From NCBI GenBank assembly GCA_051294905.1, contig CM119375.1:1054001-1118000 (forward strand): a stretch of 64,000 nucleotides of DNA, read 5' to 3'. Source of the stretch: Botryllus schlosseri (taxonomy: Eukaryota). The translations under genes were made by a program, and so were the position numbers. The notes below the pieces were generated by a model. The model was given only the letters and a program-made list of their open reading frames with translations, was not told where the DNA came from and searched no databases. Positions 1 to 57,808 of this stretch are shown piece after piece; position 1 is the stretch's first letter, and every line of letters starts with the position of its first letter.

Positions 1-2221
1 TGAGATTAAAAATATCGGCGATTTTCGTGACGTCACAACATGTTAATAGTGAGTCAGAAACCTCGAATCTGCGACTGCTATATTTGAAATACTGATCTAT
101 TTCTTATAGCTTACAGAGGTCGTAAATGTAGTTATCATTGGCACTCAAGTAGAAGTAGTAGTAACGTCTTTTATTTTTTCTCAAGCACAAGTAGAACTAG
201 CTTTTCCAAGTCAGTACACAGTAAGTGTCTTAAGCCTATATTTGACTAAAAACTGAAAACTGGTAAGTAGAAGTACTCTAAAACCGTAGACCTACTAGTT
301 TCCAGATTCTACTCGAGCACTCCGAAAAAGTAGAAGTGCTTCGTTACTTTGAGTATACGTACTAGCCTACTTGGACAACTAGATAATTATAGCTATCTAA
401 TTAGACTGAATTGGAGGAAAATTTCGGTAGTCTATTTTTAATCTAATTTGTGAAATGTTTCTATGCTTTAATATCAATTCTAAATTTCTGGTTTCCCGAA
501 AATTCTACAGGAGAACTACACAGTGCAAAACGAGCCAAAATTTCTGTGTATACATTTGCCATGCTCGTGCTTATGAGGATGAACTCTGATATGAATGGAA
601 CTGAACTTGATGAAATTTCCGAAATTTCGCTAACTCAATTATCCTAATTCTAGACTAATTTGGAAAATGCTGTGTAGCAATAATTCTAATTCTAATCCAA
701 TTGGTAAAAGCTGAAAATCTTCTACTTTGTCCAACTCTGGTTCCAAGTAAGTAAAAATGTAATAACAAACGGAAGTAATTTAAAAAACCTTCACTTGACA
801 GGCTGCAGTAGTTTATAAGCAAAGCTAGTAAAATAAATGCTCTGAAGTTATGGAAATGCGCATTAAGCAAGATGCCATATTTTTAAAAATCGGCGGAATA
901 TGTTGCAAATTATCGGCTTTGTCGGTGTCGGCTCAAAATACGATATCGGTAGGCTGATCGAATTCCTTGTTTGGAAAGTGAAAACGTGGAACATGTCGTA
1001 ACATCCAGGAAATAATCGCCGATAGATCGGTTTCCGCGCGTTTTCGATAATCGTTTCCGCGCCGTCACAATACTTGTTGTTGTCCGCAATTTATGACGTC
1101 GATACAGTTATTTTAGTCCCAAAAGATGCGCCGCGCGCGCAACGTTCCGAAACGCGGCTTAAAACTACGAAGAACCCAACGTGACTACTAGAAATACGCA
1201 GAAATGTAGAAATGCAAAAAAGTTCCATCTGCATACAAACTATGGAAAAGTCCCTCAATATTTGTTTTTCTTTAAGATTGTCCACACAAAAACGTCACAA
1301 CTGAAAACCAGCCGATTGAACCGTTACCTAGGCCCACCATATATGCTCTTTTATAGCAGAATTTGTCCTGTTTACTCAAGAAAAGTGAATGTTCCTCATA
1401 GGACGATCAAATGTCCTTCTTTTTAGCATTTCGAGTCAGATGCTTATAGCCTACTTTCATCAAAGACTCTTAGGCTAGATGTTACATTTATTTACAAAAT
1501 AAATAGTGGATTTCCAACAAATTGCCGTATAGCTTGATTGTTATTACAAACATTGTTCGACGTTCTGTGCCTTTTTAGATGTGAAGATCTGTTGCCAGTT
1601 CGAGCTTAACAGACTTGTTGGTTGGATCAGTTTAAAACATTTTGACAATTTCAATTATATTTCGCGTAGACAATTTAACGAACTCGTTAATATGATCGTT
1701 CCTTGTTGGAACAATTCAAGAGAGCTTCAAACTATTCATGGGCTGGATCTAAAAAATAAATTTCATTTGTTGTTTTTCTGTCTTTTTTAAAAAAACTTTT
1801 GATTAGCTTTAATTTGTAACTTCACCTGCAACTACCAAAGAAATGTAATATATCATCAAACTAAGACGTAACAATTCCACTTATGTTTTACTTTCCGGCA
1901 AAAACATGGGTGCTAAAATATGGTAGGCCTATAACGTTGCCTATAAAACCGATAGCTGCGGCACTTTCACCGTTAACCCTTACATATTCGGCCGATATTC
2001 GAAAGATAAGGCAACTTGCATAAGGCGCATTTCCAAAAACGTGGAGCATTTGGACAGCTTCACAGCCATTGTCAAGTCGGGCAGTCGCAGATAATAGTTC
2101 TGAATCCCTATTACGATATTTGCCGATTCCGATATTTCTTCCAATGTGTGGTATCGGCTCCATATTATCGTCAAACCGATACTTTCAGTCTGACTCTATA
2201 GTCAAAATGATGTTATTTCAG

Positions 2222-45565
<43,344 letters not shown>

Positions 45566-46712
45566 TTCCGTCATGACGTAACGACGTAGTTGAATTCGGC
45601 CTTCAGAACGACTGTGACGAAGCTTCACTCCGCGTGGTGTTCGAAGAAAGGAAATGCATTTTTACCCGTTTTTCGATTAGAAGCAAACTATTGAATGTCG
45701 CAGTTTTCATTATTACTCTTGTCATAAATAGAGTCCGACCGATATCGGATTTTTGACCGATACAGATAAGTAGCACCTTCACCGATATATTCAGCCGATA
45801 TTCAAAAGATATGGCATCTGGCTTAAGGCGCATTCCTAAAACGTCACGGCATTTATTTGAACAGCTGAACAACCATTGATATGCTTGGATTGCAAATAAA
45901 CTGCTTTTTCAAAGAACTGCAGTAGTTTCTACACACTTCTACTCGAGTACCAACGATGACTCGCTATTACCAACCTATACCTGCCAGTTATAAGACAGGC
46001 GCGGCCAATAAGTCCATTTGTTCAGTCAGAGGCTACATTAGGGCTACGAACCATCGCACTGGCCGCTTTTAAGTTCTGGTGGTCTTTTTGAAGTCGTCCG
46101 ATAGGAGTGAATCGCATTTGGTTTTGAAAACAAGACTTATCCTACCACGAATCGAAATCAATAAAAACTATACGTCATAAAAATCGCGCGAAACTTGTTC
46201 AGAGTTCATGAATCTGTTCGCTCAATAATATTGTTGCTTGCGTAAATTACGGGTAGCTTCTGTATAACGATGGGCTCATTTGGCAATGACAGAATACAGA
46301 ATCTAGTCGTGTACCACCTGGAAGACCTTCGCGTACCACCAGTGGTACGCGTACCACAGGTTGGGAACCACTGCTGTACTGGAATGGGAATCGTAGCTTC
46401 ACAGTTATATCCAAAGCAGATTGTGAATACAGGTAGCCTTGTTTTTAACTATTGCGTATTTTGTTAGGGGTGTAGGTACATATACTCACAATAAAATCAA
46501 TAAATGCACACAGCGACACTGAAGCGGAAGCGCGCGAAATGCGACTAAACAAAATTAAAAACGCTGAATCTGGTTGATTTTTATCCATATTTTTGGAATC
46601 AGTGCGACAACGAAGACCGCGAGATGGCGCTGTCGCTTATGTCTGCTGAGATTTCCGCTGATGCACCCATTGCGTAAAGCTCGTCACCGCTAGTTGTCGC
46701 TGTCGTTCGTTT

Positions 46713-49700
46713 TCAGGTTCTTCTGTAAACCTTCATCTCCGAGCAGCACAAGTCGTGATGGACGGCGCCATCATCACCAATATCCATCCACCACCAGATT
46801 CCCTTATCGCCTGTTTTGTTGAAGTTCCCGTTCAGGTTGCTGAAGGTGCATGCGACGCCATACCACCAACCTGCTTCGGCGACGGACGCGCAATTCAGTG
46901 ATGGATGAGGATCGTGATTGGCGTCCCTCGTTGAGAATTGTTGATTGTTGTTGTATGCGAGAACATCGAAGGTATTCCCGGAGAATCCGGATACGTACAG
47001 TCTGTAGTTGTCGCTGCCGGGTGCGATCCGGAAGTTGCTGGAATTGAGGATTCGGGCAAAACAGTCAGTCAAACAGCAAGGGCCGCAAACCGGAAAGGAG
47101 AATTTGGGCCCCCCTTTTGGGAAAGACGTCAGGCAGATGCGGATCCGGTCTGGGGCGATTACTTGATAATGTCAACAGTTTCGACCCAAATACATCGACG
47201 ATTTTACCATTTTTGACGTGGAAAATGATTTTAACAAAGTTTGGACCTACGAAACATGTGACCAAGTAGTTCCAATGTGAATCGCACCAAAATATGGAAT
47301 TAAATGACTTTTATTGCAATCCAAACCCGTTGTTCTTAACCTGTGGTCACGGTCATACCTTTTTCCGCTTCATTTTCAGATATGTGCGTTCGAATACAGC
47401 TCACCTGTATTTAGCCGACAAATGATCTTTTTTATCTTTCGACATCATGTTGATTTCCAGCGACATGTCATCTCCCTTTGTCAATTCGTGCAATGCCTCG
47501 AGTCCTGGAAACAAACGATGAGAATTGATAAAAGACGTTAGCTTTGGAATCAATTACTTTTTACGGCATAACCCGCTACACGAACGATGATATTTCAGTC
47601 ATCATACAATCGAGTTATTTATTACACAGATAATGACCGAGTTACGGATTCTTCCTGAAATCATCAAATCCCAACATTCCTACCGAGCCAGAAATCTCCA
47701 TCGCGATTCCCGAATCCGTTCACGTAATCATCCCAACCTCGGAAAAAATCCACGTTTCCGTATTTTCGTCGTTGGAAAACCTGAACGAAAAAAGGGGAGC
47801 AGGATAAAAATGTTTCAATTTACCGAGGTCGCGTCACTTTATTAGGGTGAAAAACATGCTTAAAAAATAAAATATCATTTAAAGAAGGATAAATAAAAAT
47901 CCACGCCTTAAAGGGACAGTGCATTCTAAATATGATGTGGTATCGAATTAACGATAAAATCGGGAAAAAATTCTTGGCTGCTGCTTTTTTCTTCAGAAAG
48001 CCACCGTAATGGAGCTGTAGTTTAACGAAAATTCCAACTACCCCGATTCCTCGTCAGTGGATTCTCTTCTCTGAGTATTCGTTCGAGGTTATGGTGCAAA
48101 ATTTTGTTTCGTTTCAACCTGATTTGAACTTTTGTTCATCAAAAACCGAGGTTCATGTCTTAAAAATTCCAAATTCTACTCACAGTCCATTTCTCAGCAT
48201 ATCTTTTGTGTTTGTAAAACTTCATCTCCGAATAGCACAGGAGGTGAGGCGAGGGGAGAACTTGATTATGAACATCTTCCCGCCACCAAATCCCCTTCGC
48301 GTCTGTTTCGTTGAAGTCTCCATTCAGATTGCTGGCGCTGCAGTTGCCATACCACCAGCCTCCTTCGAGGAGAGAAGCGCAATTATCCAGGGAACGGTCG
48401 TCGTGGTCCGCGTCTTTCGTTGTGAATTGTAGATTGTTCTGATATACGAGAGCATTGTATGTTGCATTCCCGGAGTACCCGGATACGTGAAGCGTGTAGT
48501 TCTCCGATTCTGGTCCGATGCTGAAGTTGCTGAAATGAGAATTGAAGTCAGTTTCTATAGCTCAGCGGTTCGGAGTCTTTACAAACCAGTCATGCATGAC
48601 AAGTATTTTGTTGACCTGATGCTTAGTCAAGAAGAACTTCTGACTTTTCCCGTTTTGCGCTCTGCCTCGATGTGAGGACGAAAGCGGTTTTGAATGACCC
48701 ATTCCGGTCTGTCATGACTGAGGCGACTCTTTGGTTATGCAAACCTGTGGTTCTCAATGTTTTTGAACTAACGGACCAGCAACACAACTTCAAAACCTAT
48801 CTTGCGGATCAGAACACCTTCAAAAAGAAAAATTTACCCTAAATTTAATTGCGACAAATGTAACTTGTGCCAAACGAGTTGTAGGGTACTTTATTCCGGT
48901 TTTGTACAAAACTCGCAGCATTTTGACGTACGCTGAAAGTATAGCCCATGAACTGTCTATTGCGACGCCATGCAGAAAATACGTTCCAAACTTGTTATTC
49001 AATTTACAATTTGATGTTTTATTTCTCTAATGAGCAAACGTCCAAATTCCTGCATTATAGAATCGAAATAGAAAATTCTAGCTTATTTGGCGGACCGCCA
49101 TGAAACAGGCCACGGGACGACGGTTGAGAACCACTGATGTAAACAATGAGAAATTTTGACAAAAAATTGGACGGGAAAATTTTTTTTGACTAAATTGTGG
49201 CTAACGCAATAATTTTGACCTTTTTTTACAATTCAAAAAATAACCACCCTAGTCATGACGTGAGATCTATGAATTGATGCATTCGAATACAGATTACCTA
49301 TATCTAACCCGCATATGGTCCTTTTTATCTTTCGACTTCATGTTGATTTCCAACGCCATGTCTCCTTCCTTTGTCGCTTGATGCAATGCCTCGAGTCCTG
49401 GAGACAAAACGTTGACTTTGTTACAACCATGCACAGAATCACGTCTGACTTTATTACTCAGATAATGCCCAGGTTAGGATGAACAAAATTCTACAACTTG
49501 AAGGAATCAAACGACAACATCCTACCGAGCCAGAAATCTCCATCACAATCCCCGAATCCTTTCTTGTAATCATCCCAACCTCGAAAGAAATCTACGTTTC
49601 CGTATTTTCTTCGCTGGAAAACCTGAAACGGAATTCGGCAAACAATCAATGTCGCAGAAATCTACGAATTCCCTTTCCCGAGTCCACGTTATGGTTCAAA

Positions 49701-50465
49701 ATTTAGTTTCGCTTATACATGATTTACATCTTTACCACCCCCGATGACGTGATGTGCTATGGTAGAGTTGCTTCGGACTGAGTCATATTCTTGATACATT
49801 ATTACTATCCCATGCTTTGTTACACATATATATACATGATATTTAATAGAAGCATACCTATCGTTTCGACTAATACATTTCTTGTTACATAATAACAACC
49901 GAAACCACACAATCCATTTACTTCCGTGGGTAGGGGCAATCCCACCAATGACGGCCTACGGGGACGAGATCTTGTCGTAAAGCATTGGGATTCTTACCTA
50001 ACCAAATTCTGTTTTAATATATTTGACCACAAGAATTCCAAATGGATCCACTACAGAAATCGTATACTGCGCCTTAAAATGCTGCCAATGTCAGTTCCTT
50101 CCTTCTTCCTTCCAGCCTTCGGCAGCTCAACACATGATTTGAACTTTTGTTCGTCGTAAACCGAGCTTCATATCTGAAATATTGCAAATTCCACTCACAG
50201 TCCATTTCTCGTGTGCAGCACATCGTTTGTAAATCTTCATCTCCGAGAATCGCAGGAGGCGAGGGGAGGAGTCACCTTGATCATCAACGTCAAACCACCA
50301 CCAGATTCCCTTCACGTCTGTTTTGTTGAAGTTCCCGTTCAGGTTGCTGACGCCGCACCGGTTATACCACCAGCCACCTTCGGCGACAGAAGCACAATTC
50401 TCTTCCGACCAATGATCGTGATCCGCGTCGTTTGTTGAGAATTGCTGATTGTCGTTGTATGCCGT
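46713..50465 (-). CDS. Tandem fibrinogen-related-domain (FReD) gene, three repeats, 5' end disrupted. Exons: ~50465-50199, 49622-49526, 49397-49298, 48529-48184, 47780-47684, 47504-47405, 47037-46713
   Basis: [22 protein letters not shown]...GDFWLG, GLEALH.LT, FST.DADHD...NCA....GGWWY..C..SNLNG and SEMK, with phase-compatible GT-AG junctions. The first repeat diverges upstream of ~50465. Confidence 0.88.
48745..49136. mobile_element. hAT MITE in a FReD intron
   Basis: TIRs C(T/A)GTGGTTCTCAA / TTGAGAACCACTG and TSD ATGCAAAC/ATGTAAAC. Confidence 0.75.
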
Positions 50466-53400
50466 GATGATAAGTGCGTGGTCGTTGCCCATGAGTTGGG
50501 CAGTTACTGTGGTAGTGCATTTTTGGGCTACGTCACAAGATGCAATGGTCAAGTCAATGAGTGACCAGCGGTTAACAGCTCACGCTGATAGGTTAATGCG
50601 GGTAGGCAACACGGTGTCGACAGTAGAACCATGTTGTTCGAGCCGATTTGATCATAGACCATGCTGCAAACAGATAACATGATGTCCAATCTAAACTCTA
50701 AAGTGTGACATGATTTATTTTACAATTTTTGAGTTGACTGTTGTTGTATAATTTATATTGTGCGGAGTAATTCATGATTTCTTTAAAAAATCTTAGTGGC
50801 TAGTTACAGTTAGTTAAAATTAGATGTTTTGATTTAAAGAACCTCTTACAGAAGTCTTACCGCAATGTGATTCCTGCCCAGTGCTATGAATATCAAAGCG
50901 GGAAGTCAGTCTTGAACGGGTAAATGGCGAGAGTAAATAGTAGCCCGTCCCTTCAATCAGTACCTAAGAAGTAGCTCTTGGTTGCAAAAAGGTTGGCGAC
51001 CCTGCCTTAGACTAATTCAGTGGTTCCCAACCTTTTTTCATATCGTGGATCCCTTTGGCCGAAATTCGAGCCCCCCCTTCCCATGCAAGAAATCAGTTGG
51101 ACGATTAGGAAAGGTGATTTTTCCCGCGCAAACACCCGCTGACTAAAGAATGAGACGGGTGCTACAGAGTGCTTGTTTCAGGTTGGGTCGTAACAATACT
51201 TTGTGGACCTCCTCAAAACAATGGTCTTGGTCCCAATTCACGGTAACACAACCACACAGATAGACACACACACCCTCTCCTCAACGAACTAAGCCCAGTA
51301 TCACGCGATTCGTAGATGTGGTCGTGTTTGTCGAACGCAAAACTTATCCATTCATGTTTGTTGGCTTACCATCCACCGATCGCTAATACAACTACTATCT
51401 ACTAACTATTGGTGAGCATAAAGTGACTGTTCACGCGATTTTTATTAAAGTTCATGTACTGGAGCTGATGGAAATGGTGTTTTCGAAAATTTAAGACACC
51501 CATGCCACACAGTCAAGCCTTCTAATGAAGTTTCGGGCTGATCCACTTTACTTTGTTGAAGCATGTTTTTAGCTCGTGACCACCGGTAGATGCACGATTG
51601 TTAAGCTACTCGAACGATTCCAGACTTTATTGCTTGACTGGAAGTTGTGTTTTCATACTTCAGGTCGCATTTGCATCGCGGGGTTTGGATTCGGTATTCG
51701 AATTGGATTCTGTTGGTTGACGCCGCCGATCTTTCCGATATGTTGCATCTCGGGAACCGTCTTGCGTTGTTCTCGAACGCCTCCCACTCTTTCCGCTGGG
51801 ATAATAAAGAGACAGAACCTTGCTCGATGTTTGTTTTTCTTCTTATCGTCACTTTTCACTCGATTGTCAAGGGTCATTGTGAGATCACTTCACTTAGAAT
51901 TGTCAAAGCCATCTCCAGGCATTATTACACGACAAAGCGTATGACATCGCGACGAGCCTGTGCAGCAGCCTCGATCGATTCCGTTTCGCTCAGTTCTAGA
52001 TGAGGTTGTTTTAGGCAGTGGTCGGTTCCGTCGCTTTCAGAAAGTCGCAATCGCCGACCCTAACTGGAAGCAAGAAACTTAAACCGATTGCTGAAAAATA
52101 TTCATTCACTCCACTTCGCATCAGAGTTTGACGGCTAGAAAATGTTCACCTTTTCAAAATTAGAATAGGGTTAGAAAGGCAGCAACACATTTTATCCAAG
52201 TTATGTTAGGATTAGGGTTACTGAATCCGCAACAACTTGGAAACAAAATTGATTCCGATTTAGAAAGAAATACAGCAAACCAAGTTCAGCTCATGTCAAA
52301 TCACAGTTTACTTTCGTAAGCACGAGGATGGCAAATGTATGTACGCGGATCTTGGCTTGTTTCGCACTATGCGGTTCTCCTTGTACCGTGTCCAGGACAA
52401 TTAAAAATTAGGCCACATTCAAAATGAGAGCATAGAATCAGTTCACAAATTAGATTAGAATTAGATTATCGGCGTTTCGTTGTAAATGGTGTAATTGTAC
52501 AACTATCATTATATCTGGTTTGGAATCGCAAATCGCCGATGGAGCAAATCGTCTTCGTTGTGTCCGATGGGAAGCATTTCCAGTTTGTGTTCCCGCCCAA
52601 TGTAAATATCAATTAGCTGTTGACGCGCGGATTGTCCACGTAAACAAATTCTTCTATTTGTTCTGTTAACACACGATCCACGGCGCATGTCAAGAATATG
52701 GCGATGAATCGACCAAACTCGTGTTTGCGCAAAGAATATTCTATCCGCTTTATACGCGCAATTTCTGTTCGATTTGACGAATGAGCCGGTGTCGGATAAC
52801 CGGCGTAAACACGGCTTCGATTTCGCGATTAATAGGGTAAGGACTGCACCCCTAGGCGACATAGATCAACCATTTTGAATAAAATAACGGAATTGCTCAC
52901 ATTTTCACGCTATTAATAATTTCATAACATCACAAGACGGCGATACAATGAATAGATACGAAGATGTCGAAGCGTCTTTGAAATCAGACGCCCATACCTG
53001 GGCCTACAGGCGATGTAAATAACAGGCATCAACACCGGATCGGATGGAAAGATGAAAATCAGTGACGAATGTCTCGTTAGGCGGGGTTGATATGTCATCT
53101 TGAGATACGGTGTATAAGCTTGCGGGCTGACTATAGTGTTCATTCACTCGCTAACGACCCCATCCGTAATCATCCCCATTTATGGTCGCAAAGCTCCTGT
53201 ACAGTCGTGACTCAAAAACAATTTTGCGATATGCGTCACTCAACTTATTATTTTTAAGATAATTACATTAATTATAGCCCCAACCGGCAATGTAGCGAGC
53301 TGTAACCCTGCGAAGAGTAAAACCATCAATTTGTCTGTGAATCGATACGTCCCTACTTTGCTAAAAAAGGCGGTAATCATTGGCTTTGCGATCAAGTAAA

Positions 53401-54297
53401 GGCTTTTAGTGACTCATGGATCTTTTATAATCCATCCCGTCATTTGATACAAGGTTCCAAGAGCACACGGGTTATTACTTCGAGCCATGATATGGTATTA
53501 TTTGCGAAGTTTCATTCGTTGGTACGAAGCGTCACAAGATATTAAGAGTAAACAGGGAATCGTAATTGACGAATGTTTGCTCGGATAATACGTTGGCTTC
53601 AATCGGTTAGACCGCGCAAATCATCATCACATGGATATCCTGTTCCGCTGGTATACGCCGGGGTACGCAGGATAAATATTTTTAGCAAAGGCTCATAGTT
53701 ACAAAAGTTTGAAATTTGCGTAGAACCCCTATAACTTTCCCATGAGATAATATACAGTCTTGCAAATGTAATGCGGTTTAACTACAGTGAACTCTAATTT
53801 ATTCGGACACTTCGGCCCCGATCGCTCCGGATTAAGCAGAGAAACGGCTTCGTCTAACTAAGCGTAAAATCAATTTATTCGTTTCCGGTAGTGCGTAAAC
53901 ACGGAAAACGCCTTAAAATAATGTACTTAGGCGTAATAAACGAATTGCAGCTGCTGCGCTAGCGCATTAAACGCATATTAGTTATACCTTCAGTTTAGTT
54001 GTATTGCATAGTACTGTATTTCGATACTATGGTGATCCGCAATTGGCAATAATTACGTTCACATGATTAGTTACGTTGCACAGTACATTGTCGCCTTATC
54101 GTCACCGTGACATATTTTCTGTTTTGCTGTCGGTTGTGTTCTATGTTGCTTAAAGTCACATTGGTTATCTTGGCTTTACTTTCAATAAAGGTTTAGTTAG
54201 TTACTCAACGCAATAGTCAGTTTACGACAGATACCAAGCGATTCAAGAATTCCTAAATACTTATTTACTATATATTACTGTGTAAAACACACATGGG

Positions 54298-55639
54298 CAG
54301 GCCGTGTTATTTTTGGCATATGCCAAAACTGCCAAAAATAAGTTATTTTTGGCATTTTTCGATTTTTATTTTTGGCAGTTTTGGCATCCCCCTCTAAATA
54401 GATAGTTTCAGCCTCGAATTAGTCGCAAAAACGCTTTATTTGGGCTAGTTTGTCAAAAGACACCACAAAATGTGCAGCATCCACTTATAATCAGTGCCAA
54501 CAAATAATAGGAAGAAGAAAAAACCTAACGATTTCATAGGTTAATAATATCAAACTAAACAACAAAATGTGCAGTATTCATCGGAATCGGTGCCAATAAG
54601 CAAAAAAAGAAAGACAAGTCTAACAAACACGCTCAACAGCTGATTGTTAGAGCTGTTGAATAGACTTAAATCGTTTGCACTGTAACAGTGCTTCCAAACT
54701 CAGGTCAGCTAAGTTTCTCCTAAATTCATTTCTCGCCCAGAGAATCTGGGAAATATCGGCTTCAACAGTAGCCGTTGAGGGAAGGAATGTTGCCAGTCAT
54801 CCACAAAAGGTTTACAGAGCTTCAAAATCGTTGGAGGGCCGAATCGGCTTCCATGCATCATGAAAAGAGATCACTTCGCCAGTGCCATCGATCTCGTCGC
54901 GGAAAGAACTGTCTTCCCGATCCTTTTCCAGGAATTTCCTGTGTTGTCTCTCAACACATTCTATTTAGTAGCCAGACTATCATTTCTCCTTCAGTCTACT
55001 GATATATTCACTTCAGGTGGCTTTAATATTACAAACTCGCATGGAAGAGTCCTGGGAAGGTTAGCTTGTTTAAGAACGTTGGCGCAACAAGACTGTCTGG
55101 AAAAACGAGACTATTCAGCTCAGAAATAGCCAGACAGTTTGTTGCGTCACAATGTTCAACGCGATTACAATCCAAAAATCGTGGTTGATTTGGGGGGGTT
55201 CCAGTTCCATGAGCAGAATATAATTTATATTTTAATAATCAGTACTGCGGCAGCTTCTCATTGATACCCGTTTTATCAAATTTAGCGCTCGACAAGCCGG
55301 TCGAAAATGGTCGTAAAATTGCCTTTGGACAAATGGAAAGTATGACGTCAACCAAATGCAGTCAGCCGTTCAATCTCGCTGTGCCCACACCATTTATGAC
55401 ACCATGCTTTCACCCCTAATGGGTGGGCTGGACCCAGATTAAGAAACCTGCCTTTCACAAACGCTCTTCTCGCTTGTGACGCGGTCCCGTTAACACAACA
55501 CCATGAACGAAATACACTATTTGGCAGGCCGTTTTATTTTTGGCATATGCCAAAAATTGCTTATTTTTGGCATTTTCAAATTTTTATTTTTGGCAGTTTT
55601 GGCATCTGGCTCCTGAAATGCCAAAAATAACACGGCCTG
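54298..55639. mobile_element. hAT DNA transposon (1342 bp, internally deleted)
   Basis: 22-bp TIR CAGGCCGTGTTATTTTTGGCAT with its reverse complement ending at 55639, a perfect 8-bp TSD CACATGGG (54290-54297, 55640-55647), and an internal extra TIR copy at 55525. Confidence 0.88.
54647..55070 (-). pseudogene. Decayed hAT-like transposase C-terminal (dimerisation) region
   Basis: LPRTLPCEFVILKP...FHDAWKP...FEAL*TFCG*LATFLPSTATVEADISQILWARNEFRRNLADLSLEALLQCK. The S/T-x-x-x-E-x-x-x-S pattern fits the hAT dimerisation region; in-frame stops are present. Confidence 0.6.
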
Positions 55640-57808
55640 CACATGGGGGTAAAAATAGCACAGTAATTCTTCAATGATCGAAATACTATTTTCACCTGAT
55701 ACTCCACAAAAAGTAGAAAATTTGGGAGCAAAAATATTATACGCAGAAAAGTTGTCTGTTTCAATCTGTTCAAAATGCCATCGAAGTAAAAGCGACTATA
55801 AGACTGGCACTCTCTTGTATGAGGTTCATTGTTGATTGTTAATGGAAGGGTAGAATTTCTTTCACCATAATGACTCATTTTGTATTAAAACGAACGAAGA
55901 AATCTTCTGTTTATTTTGTCATAACGAAATGATAGGAATTGCTATCCGATGCATGAATTAAGCGGGGAGTTTTCAACGTGCAATTTTTACTTTTGTTCCG
56001 TTTCCGAGCATTTTGTCCGGGTATTCCGATTTCCGAATTGAGCGAATTCAAATGTATATACAACTCCGGCAAGGCGGTATTAGCAAAAGCAATATTCTAA
56101 ATGTATTTATTGTTATCTTAGTAACAGCTAGTGGGATGATTGGCATTTTTATTGCTTGCTACTTCTTTACATCTTGGTTCTGAAATGATGAGAGCGAATC
56201 GAAGCAGCGGTGATAGTGTTCACGGGTCGTCCACATGCGAAATCTGTTTTTGTACAGTTCATGTCTGAAAACGGTGACTCGGAGCCTTAAGTAGACCCAT
56301 TGCTCGCATTATTAATCTGCAAATCAACGATAATAATGGTTTAGTTTTGTTGAAAAACTAATTAACTACTGAGACCGATAAGGTCCGGATTCAACACTGC
56401 AATGTCCACATATAGGACCGCGGGTTGAGTAGCCCTGCTGTATCAATCAGCGACATTGAGGTTTATCAGACCCATGTGAAATGCGAACCTCCAATCGAAA
56501 TTATCTACACAAGTTTTTTTTTAATTACATTATAATTAGAACTACTGGATTCGCGATTAATTGTGACTTTGAAAGAAGTTAAATTCATGTCAAATTCTGG
56601 TTCATTCTCATAAGCAGGAGGCAAATGTCTGTACAGCAAGATTGACACGTTTCGTACGATAAAGTTCTCCTATATCATTTACAGGAAATCCAGAAATTAG
56701 ATTGGAATATAAATTAGAGCATCAAACATTTCACACATTAGATTACGGGCATTTGGTTTCAAATACACTAGTCTAATAGACGACTAGAATTACATGTATC
56801 TAGTTCTCCAAGTCTGTCGCATTGATTTGTGACGTATTTGTCGACCAATACGCGATAACGTTGCCATGGTTTCTGCAGCGTCACTCAACGTCGATATGTA
56901 ATTCCTTGGATAAATAGTAAAACCTGTAAACACGGTCGTTTTCATAGCGGCGCCAGATGTCGAAGGATGGCTTCAGTGTGGCGTAGTAAGGCGTAGCGAA
57001 GGAGTGTGCGCTATCATAACAATTCGAAAGGGAATTCAACAGCCTACAGAGCAGAGCCATTGAATTACAAAACAGTGCTGAATAAACCAGTGATCCCTAA
57101 ACTGTGTGTCGCGAATCGTTTTGTAATTTCGGAATTGTTGATATACAATGTTCTTTCCTATTCTCTACTAGTTGCTGACGATTACCACTGACGAGTGGCA
57201 GCCGAAAACATCCGGCTTCATTTATAAATGAATATGCTATTCATTCCTGCGGGCCGTATGTTGCCCGTCCCTGAACTATGACATTGGCAATACTGTTACG
57301 AAATGGTCAAGTTGGTACAGAACAGATACGCTACGACTCTGCGTCCGCAACTAGGATCGCCAGCGCGACATGATAGGGGTATTACCTGTTTTAGTCGTGT
57401 CGCAAACCTAGTGTGCAGCCGGCCTTACTAAAAGAAAGATATGGAAAATTCAAAGCTGTACGTTTTATACTACCACAAAGAATACAATGTCAGTGTTATA
57501 TCGCATTAAAGATAATTTGATGTTTTTCATTGCACATTGTGACAATGCTGATGTTCGATCACGACTCCAACCACAGATACCGTATGTCATTCACACTACA
57601 TGTTTTGTACGCTGAGATACAACAAATCGACGTTGCAACGCTGCCGCAGTGGTAAATAGTATCGAAACTATAATTCTCATTAATAAATTAACTGGTCGTT
57701 GCGAAGGGTTACACTTGGCTGAAAATCTGCCCTATCTGCCACTTGATTTCATTCTCGTATGTTTTACTCTCGATGTCACGGCAGATGCGGCGTACCTAAT
57801 TTTATAGC

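Noticed and set aside
1-2221. Signal-peptide exon or promoter of the Tie gene
   Set aside because: No ATG exon with a convincing hydrophobic leader and phase-1 donor was found. The region is mostly dispersed repeats, and the exon may lie outside the window.
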